The translations under genes and the position numbers were made by a program. Under the pieces are notes generated by a model. The model was not told the DNA's origin and made no database searches. It saw nothing but the letters and a program-made list of their open reading frames with translations. Below, piece after piece: positions 17,239 to 25,392 of a stretch of DNA of 32,000 bases. The stretch lies in contig OZ245049.1 of the NCBI GenBank assembly GCA_965224465.1, forward strand, positions 3,930,001-3,962,000, given 5' to 3'. The DNA comes from Flavobacteriaceae bacterium. GTDB lineage: Bacteria > Bacteroidota > Bacteroidia > Flavobacteriales > Flavobacteriaceae. Within the stretch, counting starts at the first letter, position 1. Each line of letters starts with the position of its first letter.

Positions 17239-17263
17239 GACTTTTTCTTCTTAATATTTTTTT

Positions 17264-18394
17264 TTATTTGAATGTATATCCTTGTTTTTTTGCCTGTGTT
17301 TTTATACAACGGATAAGGGCAGATTGTAAATCATTACTATTTGTGTTTTTTGGTTGTTTAAGGATGTAGTTTCTCCTCTTTTTATCCAATGCTTTAATCT
17401 CTTTTTGTATTTCAGAACGCTCTTTGCTTTTTCTTGCAACATAGGCTTTGATTTCTGCATTGTTTTTTCCTTTGAGCTCCTTTGGTAACGATTTTTTGTT
17501 GAGTTTTTCATAGCTAAAATCTGCCTCTTTTTCTGCATCAACCAGATCCCATGAACTGTTTTTATACATACTACTACTTTTACTAATGGCTCGTTTTACT
17601 TCAACAACTTCGTTTAAACTACAGGCGTTTTTGTCTTGTGTGTTTTGCATGCGAAGTTTACGAATTCCTTGAGAACCATAGCTAATATATGTGCTATTTA
17701 ACCGTTTATTTAAACGTAGTATTAAGATGTCGTAGGGTGTACTTATATGTACAATCGCTTTGTTATGGTCTATATTCAAATATTCCCCTCCTGCAAGGAG
17801 TGCTCCTTTTTTCCATTTTCCTTGAACTCCGTTTTCGTAGTTTCCACAAAATATGGTGTTTACAATTACCTGTTGTTCTTTGGCGTTTTTAGCGGCATCT
17901 TCATAGGAAATATGTCCTTGGGTAAAACGTTCATTTCCTGCTATAAATATAATGTTTAAATCATTTTTATGTCCTCTATTCCAATTCAATTCTGTAAGTG
18001 ATTTTTGAATTACTTGACCGCAGTACTCACTACCTCCATTTGTTCTTAAGGAAAATAATTTTTCCGATATTTCATCCAAATCATTGCTAAAATTTAGTAC
18101 TTGTCTGATGTATCCATCTGTACGTTCAATGCCATCATTTCCATATTCGTACAAAGCGATTTCTAAATTAGGGCTTTTTCCATTGGATTTAGCATAAGAA
18201 AGCTCGTTTACTATTTCCCATAATTGTGTTTTGGCTTGATTGATTAGGCCATCCATGCTATTACTGGTGTCTAGCAATAAGGCAACTTTAATTGTCTGTG
18301 TTGGTTTGACGGGCGTATTGGCATGTGTTTTTGTAATAGAAAACAAGAATAAAGCGATTAAAAAAATAGTTGATTTTATACCTGTTTTGATCAT
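17264..18394 (-). CDS. von Willebrand factor type A (vWA) domain protein with N-terminal signal/anchor and charged C-terminal coiled-coil region
   Basis: MIDAS motif DTSNSMDG follows a hydrophobic leader (MIKTGIKSTIFLIALFLFSITKTHA). The ORF track extends to 18460, but the ATG at 18392-18394 gives a normal signal peptide. The C-terminus is lysine-rich (KERSEIQKEIKALDKKRRNY). Confidence 0.82.
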   Translation of the reverse strand: MIKTGIKSTIFLIALFLFSITKTHANTPVKPTQTIKVALLLDTSNSMDGLINQAKTQLWEIVNELSYAKSNGKSPNLEIALYEYGNDGIERTDGYIRQVLNFSNDLDEISEKLFSLRTNGGSEYCGQVIQKSLTELNWNRGHKNDLNIIFIAGNERFTQGHISYEDAAKNAKEQQVIVNTIFCGNYENGVQGKWKKGALLAGGEYLNIDHNKAIVHISTPYDILILRLNKRLNSTYISYGSQGIRKLRMQNTQDKNACSLNEVVEVKRAISKSSSMYKNSSWDLVDAEKEADFSYEKLNKKSLPKELKGKNNAEIKAYVARKSKERSEIQKEIKALDKKRRNYILKQPKNTNSNDLQSALIRCIKTQAKKQGYTFK

Positions 18395-18471
18395 TTTAAA
18401 AGGAATGCTTAAGAAAGGTGTCCTTATAGATAATAAACTGTTATTTGATGTACGTTTCATAGTAGTTGGTT

Positions 18472-19170
18472 TTAAAGTAATGTGAATCTCACCAATACAT
18501 TGGCTTTTATAATAATGTTTTTAAACTCTGATACTGGCTGCTCTTGGTCTGGAGAAACGTTCATTATCGAAAGTGTTCTTTGACGCTGGTACAAAGGGTA
18601 GAAATTTTGGACTAGTTGGGCTTGTTCTTGAATATAGATAGCTTTCCCTGTTTTTTGCCCCAATGCTTTAGAGTAGGAAGTGCATTTGTTTTTTGCGTTA
18701 GATATAGCCTTTATATTTGCTTCCAGTTTTAAGTTTTCTATGTTCGAATGATCGACTCTAATGATATATGAATCTGCAATTCTCAATTGTTCTAAAATAC
18801 GATAAACGGTACTTAATTCTTTTCCACTTGTTACAAGTAGTTCAAATTCTTTTGTTTTTTGAACATCCGTTTTATAAAGAAAATAGTTTTTATAATTTGT
18901 TGTAAAATCTTTTACTTTTAGATTTTCTTTTACATTAATATTCGCTTTTTTTAAGTGAGTTATTAATTTTTTCTCCTGTGCTTCTATAGCGTTTTTTAGG
19001 TTTCTATTTGTCTCTTGTAAAATAATAGATATGTATATTTCGTCTGGCGTTATTTCCAGGGTTGCATTTCCATTTACTTCTATATAAGGTTGGTCAATAA
19101 AATTCTTTTGACCTGATTGTGCTGTCATAACTGTTTGAAAGCAGATAAATAAGAGGAGTATGTTTTTCAT
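18472..19170 (-). CDS. SIMPL (DUF541) domain periplasmic/outer-membrane protein
   Basis: 232-aa ORF with a signal peptide (MKNILLLFICFQTVMTAQS) and the SIMPL-type start IEVNGNATLEITPDEIYISI. It ends 11 nt upstream of the vWA ORF, so the two are probably one operon. Confidence 0.75.
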   Translation of the reverse strand: MKNILLLFICFQTVMTAQSGQKNFIDQPYIEVNGNATLEITPDEIYISIILQETNRNLKNAIEAQEKKLITHLKKANINVKENLKVKDFTTNYKNYFLYKTDVQKTKEFELLVTSGKELSTVYRILEQLRIADSYIIRVDHSNIENLKLEANIKAISNAKNKCTSYSKALGQKTGKAIYIQEQAQLVQNFYPLYQRQRTLSIMNVSPDQEQPVSEFKNIIIKANVLVRFTLL

Positions 19171-19229
19171 AATTTTTAGTTTATTTGTTCAGTCAAATGT
19201 ACGTGCTTCTTTCCTTGAATAAAAGGAAG

Positions 19230-19280
19230 AATGAGTGAAATGCCACTTTGAGTGAGTCAGCGTGCTCCTAAAATGAGTGA
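19230..19280 (+). promoter_or_regulatory. Three direct 9-mers with a TGAGTGA core in the divergent promoter region, candidate regulator (LytTR?) boxes
   Basis: AATGAGTGA at 19230-19238, TTTGAGTGA at 19247-19255 and AATGAGTGA at 19272-19280. They lie between the SIMPL-vWA operon (minus) and the kinase-LytTR operon (plus). Confidence 0.3.
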
Positions 19281-19378
19281 TTGCATATAAAGAGTTGCCT
19301 TAACTATGATTCTGAATGACTCCTTGTTTTTTTTACAACTATAATTTGATAACTTTACATAAAATATTAGCTTAGATC

Positions 19379-21625
19379 ATGAGATTGTTAATTAGAATAC
19401 TATGGTGCTGTTTATTTGTTCCTTATATGTTACAAGGGCAAGAGAACCTCAATAGAAAAAAAGTATTGATAAAAGGTTCGGTGACGTATCAGCATAGCAC
19501 GGAGGGGATACGGAATGTACGTATTCAAGAATTGGGTGGGTCTAGTGTGTATTCTAATTATTTGGGCGATTTCTCTATTTCTTGTACCGTTGGTAACGAA
19601 CTAGAAATAAGCCATCAGAGCTTTGAAACCCGCTATGTATTGATTAAAAACAATGATAGAATTCGGGTTGAAGTAGAAAGGGAACTAATAGGTCAAGCGG
19701 TAGCTATACAAGAATCCGAAGAGCAACCAATGGAGAATAAGAGTGCTGATTATAGGAGTAAATCCTTCTTAAAAAAGAATAAAAATACACATGCTTTTGA
19801 AAATTATATGGCTACTGCTCGCAGTGTTTTTAAAATTGATCCAAGTAAAAGTATCCTTTTTATTGAAAAAGCATTGGCTAGTTTACAGTTTAATAATACA
19901 GCAAAAGAACAATCAGAAGCCTATCGCATGCTAGGTGATGCGTATGTAAATTTAAACCAATTAGATTTGGGAATTAATAGTTATAAAACGGCTATAGAGC
20001 AGTATAGCACTACGGGGACTAGATTAAAACTAGCCCAAGTATATGCCACTTCTGGTATGCGTGCGAAAAGCAGTAAATTATTTATTGATTTATTGAAAGA
20101 CCGATTGACACCTATTCAAAAAATGAAGGTGCAAGAAGGCTTAGGGGATAATTTAAGTATTGATAAAGACTTGAGAAAAGCAGCAAATTATTATGAGAAA
20201 TCTTTGCAGATAGCAAAGGACTTGAAAAACAATCAGTATGTTGCTGAGTTGAATTCCAAAATTGGAATGTGTAAGGATAATTTAGGAAACCCTCAAGGGG
20301 CAAGATTGTATTTTCAAGCATCATTAGAATCTGCAGAAAACATTAATTTATCGCAGCGTGCTACAGTCACCAATACCATTGCAAATCATTATAAAGTACA
20401 GGAGAATTTTGACAAAGAAATTGAATTTCGTTCTCAGGCATTAGAAGTGTTAAGTCAAAGAAATGTTGGTGATATTCCTAGATCTGTAAAAGTTGACCAA
20501 GTGTCGATTTCTAGCTTAAATTTTGATATAGGAAAAGCGTACGTAAATAAAAAAGCGTACAAAATGGCGATACCATTTTTAGAAAAAAGTAAGTTCGAGG
20601 CTAAAGAAGCCAAAAATGTAACGCTTGAAAAAAGAGCTGTAGAAAATTTATCAAATGCGTATAAAAACATTGGAGATTATAAAAAAGCACTGTCTAGTTA
20701 CCAAGAATATGTGCTGTTAGTAGATGCTTTGTACAAGCAGAAAGAGGCAGCTATTAAGGCTGCTGTATCCTTAGGAAAAGATCTTACAAACAAACAAAAT
20801 AGAATAAACAGTTTAGAAAAAGACCGTGAGTTGGTTGCTAGCAAGTATAGTTTGTATGCGAAAGAACAGGAACTTACGGTAGAGAGTTACAAGCGACAAC
20901 GGATGATTATTTATAGTTTGATAGCAGGGCTATTCTTGATGCTTTTGTCTTTGTTTTTTATGTATCGAAGCAATAAACAACGAAAAATGACTAATAACTT
21001 ACTCGCATTAAAATCCTTGCGTTCTCAAATGAATCCACATTTTATTTTTAATGCGTTGAATTCGGTCAATAGTTTTATTGCACAAAATGATGAAAGAGCA
21101 GCAAATAGGTACTTGACAGAGTTCTCTAAGCTAATGCGTAATGTATTGAATAATTCGGAAAAAGATTTTATTGTATTGGCAGATGAAATTGAGTTATTAG
21201 AACTTTATTTGAGGTTAGAGCATCAGCGTTTTGAAGATAAATTTGAATATGAACTCACTATAGATCCAGCCATTCAAACCTACGAGTTTCAGATTCCTCC
21301 TATGTTGTTACAACCCTATATAGAAAATGCGGTATGGCATGGGTTGCGTTATAAAAAAGAAGCTGGAAAACTAGTAGTTTCCATGGCTATGAAAGATAAA
21401 AACAGCATAGAGATTTTAATAACTGATAATGGTATTGGGAGATCTGAATCTAAAAGATTGAAAACTAAAAACCAAAAAAAGCAAGAGTCTAAGGGAATGA
21501 ATAATATAAAGGAACGGATTGCAATTCTCAATGATATGTATGGTGATAAAGTGATGGTTACTGTATCAGATTTGTTGGATGATGGTAGTGGAACTAAGGT
21601 ATTATTGATATTAAAAAAGAATTAG
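19379..21625 (+). CDS. Sensor histidine kinase: signal peptide, CarboxypepD_reg-like domain, TPR repeats, one TM, LytS/YehU-type His_kinase + HATPase
   Basis: 748-aa ORF. TPR-like repeats occupy the extracytoplasmic part. The TM segment is MIIYSLIAGLFLMLLSLFFMY. The LytS-type phospho-acceptor box is QMNPHFIFNALNS, followed by ATPase N- and G-box regions (ENAVWHG ... DNGIG). Confidence 0.87.
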   Translation: MRLLIRILWCCLFVPYMLQGQENLNRKKVLIKGSVTYQHSTEGIRNVRIQELGGSSVYSNYLGDFSISCTVGNELEISHQSFETRYVLIKNNDRIRVEVERELIGQAVAIQESEEQPMENKSADYRSKSFLKKNKNTHAFENYMATARSVFKIDPSKSILFIEKALASLQFNNTAKEQSEAYRMLGDAYVNLNQLDLGINSYKTAIEQYSTTGTRLKLAQVYATSGMRAKSSKLFIDLLKDRLTPIQKMKVQEGLGDNLSIDKDLRKAANYYEKSLQIAKDLKNNQYVAELNSKIGMCKDNLGNPQGARLYFQASLESAENINLSQRATVTNTIANHYKVQENFDKEIEFRSQALEVLSQRNVGDIPRSVKVDQVSISSLNFDIGKAYVNKKAYKMAIPFLEKSKFEAKEAKNVTLEKRAVENLSNAYKNIGDYKKALSSYQEYVLLVDALYKQKEAAIKAAVSLGKDLTNKQNRINSLEKDRELVASKYSLYAKEQELTVESYKRQRMIIYSLIAGLFLMLLSLFFMYRSNKQRKMTNNLLALKSLRSQMNPHFIFNALNSVNSFIAQNDERAANRYLTEFSKLMRNVLNNSEKDFIVLADEIELLELYLRLEHQRFEDKFEYELTIDPAIQTYEFQIPPMLLQPYIENAVWHGLRYKKEAGKLVVSMAMKDKNSIEILITDNGIGRSESKRLKTKNQKKQESKGMNNIKERIAILNDMYGDKVMVTVSDLLDDGSGTKVLLILKKN

Positions 21626-21631
21626 AGAAGG

Positions 21632-22369
21632 ATGGTTACATTGAAAACAATTATAGTTGAAGACGAAAAAATAAGTCGTGATATATTAAAAAATTATTTG
21701 GCTAAATATTGCCCGAAAGTGGAACTTGTAGGGGAAGCCTCCAATATTGACGAAGCATTTATCCTTATTCGTAATACGGAATTGGATTTGGTGTTTTTAG
21801 ATGTTGAAATGCCTTATGGAAATGCTTTTGACTTATTAGAAAGAGTAGGGGATATTAATTTTGAAACCATCTTTGTAACTGCCTACAATCAATATGCCCT
21901 GGATGCTTTAAATAAGCATGCTGCTTTTTATGTATTAAAACCTATATCTATAGACGATTTGATAAAAGCAGTAGACTATGTGGTAGGAATTAAAGAGAAA
22001 GAAGAAAAGTTACAAGAAGAGGTTTTAAAACCAAGTATTTCTGTAAGTGGTGAAAAAATTACAATTCCCACGCAGCAGGGATTCGAAGTGCTTTCTATCG
22101 ATGATATATTGTATTGTAAAGCCGATGACAATTATACAGAAATATTTCTTGTAAATGATGTGAAAAAATTAGTAAGTAAAACGTTAAAATATTTTGAAGA
22201 TGCACTTAATAGTAATAATTTTGTGCGTATTCATAAATCATTTTTAGTGAATGTGAATGCCATTACTGCCTATAATAAAGGAAAAGGGGGTAGTGTGGTG
22301 CTGACCAATGGGAAAGAAATTTCTGTGTCTGCATCTAAAAAAGGAACCTTATTATCATTTTTTAAATAA
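21632..22369 (+). CDS. LytR/AlgR-family response regulator (receiver + LytTR DNA-binding domain)
   Basis: Receiver features: IIVEDE, DLVFLDVEMP and LKP. The C-terminal LytTR pattern is ILYCKADDNYTEIFL ... FVRIHKSFLVN. It starts 7 nt after the kinase stop. Confidence 0.92.
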   Translation: MVTLKTIIVEDEKISRDILKNYLAKYCPKVELVGEASNIDEAFILIRNTELDLVFLDVEMPYGNAFDLLERVGDINFETIFVTAYNQYALDALNKHAAFYVLKPISIDDLIKAVDYVVGIKEKEEKLQEEVLKPSISVSGEKITIPTQQGFEVLSIDDILYCKADDNYTEIFLVNDVKKLVSKTLKYFEDALNSNNFVRIHKSFLVNVNAITAYNKGKGGSVVLTNGKEISVSASKKGTLLSFFK

Positions 22370-22375
22370 GTAAGT

Positions 22376-22888
22376 ATGATTATTAGAGAATTAAACGGAA
22401 ATAAACCAGTCTTTGGTGAAGATTGTTTTTTAGCAGAAAACTGTGTGATTGTTGGAGAAGTAAGCATGGGAGACCAATGTAGTATATGGTATAACGCCGT
22501 AATACGAGGCGATGTTCACTATATAAAATTAGGAAACAGGGTGAATGTTCAAGATGGAGCAGTAATCCATGCAACCTATCAAAAACACCCTACAAATATT
22601 GGAAACAATGTGTCTATTGGACACAATGCAATGGTACATGGTTGTACTATTCACGACAATGTATTGATAGGGATGGGCGCTATTGTGATGGATGATTGTA
22701 TTATAGAAAGTAATACAATTATTGCTGCTGGGGCAGTTGTAACCAAAGGAACTCATGTAAAAAGTGGGACTATCTATGGTGGAATTCCAGCAAAAAAAGT
22801 AAAAGATATTAGTCAAGAGTTGATTTCTGGTGAAATAGACAGAATTGCGGAAAACTATGTCAAATATTCAGGTTGGTATAAAAAATAA
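22376..22888 (+). CDS. Gamma-carbonic-anhydrase-family (left-handed beta-helix, hexapeptide repeat) protein
   Basis: 170-aa ORF with hexapeptide repeats and the conserved histidine pattern of YrdA/PaaY-like proteins (IWYNAVIRGD ... IGHNAMVHGC). Confidence 0.85.
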   Translation: MIIRELNGNKPVFGEDCFLAENCVIVGEVSMGDQCSIWYNAVIRGDVHYIKLGNRVNVQDGAVIHATYQKHPTNIGNNVSIGHNAMVHGCTIHDNVLIGMGAIVMDDCIIESNTIIAAGAVVTKGTHVKSGTIYGGIPAKKVKDISQELISGEIDRIAENYVKYSGWYKK

Positions 22889-22893
22889 TAAAT

Positions 22894-22992
22894 ATGTTAT
22901 CAAAAAAACAAATTATTTGGGCAGTTATTGCCTTTGTGCTTGCTTTTGGAAGTACCTTTATAGTGATGAGGTATTTTAAATTAGGGGCATAG
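22894..22992 (+). CDS. Possible 32-aa single-TM small protein
   Basis: Hand-found ORF MLSKKQIIWAVIAFVLAFGSTFIVMRYFKLGA, starting 5 nt after the preceding stop. The only support is a hydrophobic core and tight spacing. Confidence 0.2.
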   Translation: MLSKKQIIWAVIAFVLAFGSTFIVMRYFKLGA

Positions 22993-23165
22993 CTTCGGTT
23001 TCGCTCAGCTATCTTTGATACCAACTACATTTGAATGTAGTACAACAGAGGGTTGAGCGGAGTCAAATGCAAAAACATGCCTCAGTCTAAGGATGAGGGA
23101 TGCTTTGGGAAAACAATCTTTTATTTGAAGGGCGATCTTATAGGAATTAATACTTTAATGCGGAT

Positions 23166-23957
23166 TTAAAAAGAGACTTCTTCTACCAAAGTTTGAGGAG
23201 ATTGTAGATTGATAAACCCTTTTAGGACTCCCGAGTTTATATTAGTGATAAATTGATGTATGCCTAAGGTAGTACTGTCGTTTAATAAATTTTGTTGTGC
23301 TAAAATGTATTTCGTTTGTTTTGCAACAGCCGCTCCAGAATCAATAATTTTCACTCCTTTACCAACTATTTTTTCTAATTGAGGGATTAAATAGGGGTAA
23401 TGTGTACATCCTAAAACAAGATAATCTATATCTTTTTCTAGCATTGGCTGTAGGTATGATTGTAATAATTGATGCATTTTAGGGCTGTTCAATTGTCCGT
23501 TTTCTATCAATGGGACAATCCCTTCACCATCTCGTTCTACAATTGTTACCTTATCAAGATGCTTCTTAGATGTTTTAGCAAATAGGTCACTACTTAGTGT
23601 TCCTTTGGTAGCCAAAACTCCGACCTTGTTTGTTTGACTGTTTAAGGCGGCAGGCTTAATGGCGGGTTCAATACCTATAAACGGCACCTTATATGTTTTT
23701 CTAAGTACTTGAATGGCATTGGTTGTGGCAGTATTACATGCCACAACAATAATCTTACATCCTTTTTTTAAAAGGAATTCCGCATTTTTTATACTGAGTT
23801 GAATAATCTCCTCTTTCGATTTTTCTCCGTAGGGGGCGTTCTCGCTATCGGCTAGATAGAGGATGTTCTCGTTGGGTAAAAGTCGAATAATTTCATTGCA
23901 AATGGTGATTCCTCCTATGCCTGAATCAAAAATACCTATAGCTGCTGTTGTACTCAT
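23166..23957 (-). CDS. murI: Glutamate racemase
   Basis: Motifs IGIFDSGIGG, VVACNTATT and LGCTHYP, which include the two catalytic Cys motifs. Confidence 0.93.
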   Translation of the reverse strand: MSTTAAIGIFDSGIGGITICNEIIRLLPNENILYLADSENAPYGEKSKEEIIQLSIKNAEFLLKKGCKIIVVACNTATTNAIQVLRKTYKVPFIGIEPAIKPAALNSQTNKVGVLATKGTLSSDLFAKTSKKHLDKVTIVERDGEGIVPLIENGQLNSPKMHQLLQSYLQPMLEKDIDYLVLGCTHYPYLIPQLEKIVGKGVKIIDSGAAVAKQTKYILAQQNLLNDSTTLGIHQFITNINSGVLKGFINLQSPQTLVEEVSF

Positions 23958-23963
23958 AGAGTA

Positions 23964-24011
23964 AAAATAAAAAAAAATCGTTAGAGTGAATAGATTCGCT
24001 CTAACGATTTT
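23964..24011 (-). terminator. Rho-independent terminator downstream of ompH/skp
   Basis: Arms aaatcgttagag (23975-23986) and ctctaacgattt (23999-24010) are perfectly complementary. On the minus strand the hairpin is followed by a long T-run (plus-strand A-run about 23966-23977). Confidence 0.8.
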
Positions 24012-24031
24012 AATTAAATATTATTTAAAGA

Positions 24032-24529
24032 CTATAGTCCCAAGCTAGTTTTTACATCTGCAGTAAGGTCTTTTCCTTTTTTTACTACTAACGTAGAAGC
24101 TTCTAATACATACTCAAATCCTTGAGCAGTTGCTACTTCTTCGATTTTAGCTTGTAGTTTTTTAGAAATTTTAGCCAATCCTTTTTGTTCTTTTAATCCT
24201 AAATCTTGACGAGCTGCTTGTTGTGTTTTCATAATAGCTTGTTCGTCTTTCTGTACTTCCAATCCTCTTTTTTGATTCTCTGCTTGAGTTTGAGTTTTGA
24301 ATTCAGCTTCGTAACGTTGCATCTTTGCTTTTAATTTGTCAGCAGCAGCTTTAATGTCGTTTTCGTATGTTTTTCCTGTTTTTTCAATTTCACTTTTCAG
24401 TGTAGCAGTTTCTGGCATAGCCATTAATACCTCTTGAAAATTCACATGCGCAACTTTTTGTGCTTGTACAGCAGTGTTAAAACCAAAAGTTACCAATGCG
24501 ATGAATACGAATGTTTTAAAGTGTTTCAT
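24032..24529 (-). CDS. OmpH/Skp-family periplasmic chaperone
   Basis: 165-aa ORF with a signal peptide and a helical, lysine/glutamine-rich sequence. It occupies the conserved position downstream of bamA. Confidence 0.87.
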   Translation of the reverse strand: MKHFKTFVFIALVTFGFNTAVQAQKVAHVNFQEVLMAMPETATLKSEIEKTGKTYENDIKAAADKLKAKMQRYEAEFKTQTQAENQKRGLEVQKDEQAIMKTQQAARQDLGLKEQKGLAKISKKLQAKIEEVATAQGFEYVLEASTLVVKKGKDLTADVKTSLGL

Positions 24530-24554
24530 TTTTGTATGCTTATTTTAATTGTTG

Positions 24555-25322
24555 TTATTGTTTATCGTTTTTTTTCTCTTCTCTTGCCTTTTTCGCAGCT
24601 TCAATTTCTTTTAATCTTTTTTTTCTTTTGGTCTCAATGGCTGCTTTTAAATCAGCTCTTTTCTTGTTTTTTGCAGCGCGTTGTAACTCTATTTTCTTTT
24701 TTAAAGCTTCTCTTTTAGCATTTCTCTCTGCATTTTTATCTTGCAATGCTGCGGATACTTGTTTGACACCTTTCTTTCGTTTTTCTTTAGTATCTAACAT
24801 TTTTTGTGAACGAATGATACTTTTTAATACGAGTTCGCTAATATCATATTTTTTATTTGAATATAACATTATTAAATCACTAGATTTATCAAAAATAAAG
24901 TCATATTGGCGAATTTTAGCGATTTTTTGAATGGAATTATAGACTTGGTCTTGAATTGGTTTTACAAGTTGCTTACGCATGCTAAACAAGTCTCCATTTG
25001 CACCAAAGTATGCCATTCTGAGTTTACTTAATTCTACTTCTTTAATCTCGATATCTTCTCGACGTTCAACAATTAAATCATTGGTCAAAAGTACCTTTTC
25101 GTTGGCTAGATCTAGCTTTAACGCATCTATAGAACTTTGTTGTTTTAACAATTTCTCTTCCCACGTGACTACCTTGGCATTTAGCTTTGTTTGAGCTTCT
25201 GTATATTCAGGAATGTTTTCTAAAATATACTCCATGTCTATATAACCAATGCGTTGCGCTTTTTGAGAAAAAGAGATAAATCCAATGCTTAAAGCAACCA
25301 ATAAAAGAACTTTTTTTATCAT
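24555..25322 (-). CDS. OmpH/Skp-family protein, long paralog with a highly basic C-terminal tail
   Basis: 255-aa ORF with a signal peptide and an OmpH-like start (IGYIDMEYILENIPEY). The last ~85 aa are very rich in Lys, Arg and Glu. Confidence 0.83.
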   Translation of the reverse strand: MIKKVLLLVALSIGFISFSQKAQRIGYIDMEYILENIPEYTEAQTKLNAKVVTWEEKLLKQQSSIDALKLDLANEKVLLTNDLIVERREDIEIKEVELSKLRMAYFGANGDLFSMRKQLVKPIQDQVYNSIQKIAKIRQYDFIFDKSSDLIMLYSNKKYDISELVLKSIIRSQKMLDTKEKRKKGVKQVSAALQDKNAERNAKREALKKKIELQRAAKNKKRADLKAAIETKRKKRLKEIEAAKKAREEKKNDKQ

Positions 25323-25392
25323 AACTATTTTGTATTAAGAAAAAATCATGCCAACTAATTTTTTGATGATCTACAAGTATAACTCATTTGCA

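Noticed and set aside
17302-18485. Small ORFs overlapping the vWA gene on either strand (17302-17541, 17689-17892, 17747-17959, 18240-18485).
   Set aside because: They are alternative-frame or antisense shadows of the vWA CDS. The vWA frame carries the MIDAS motif and the signal peptide.
24434-25194. Phe/Leu/Ser-rich plus-strand ORFs (24434-24718, 24532-24930, 24979-25194).
   Set aside because: They are antisense to the Lys/Glu-rich OmpH genes, where AAA/GAA codons read as TTT/TTC on the other strand. This is a compositional artefact.
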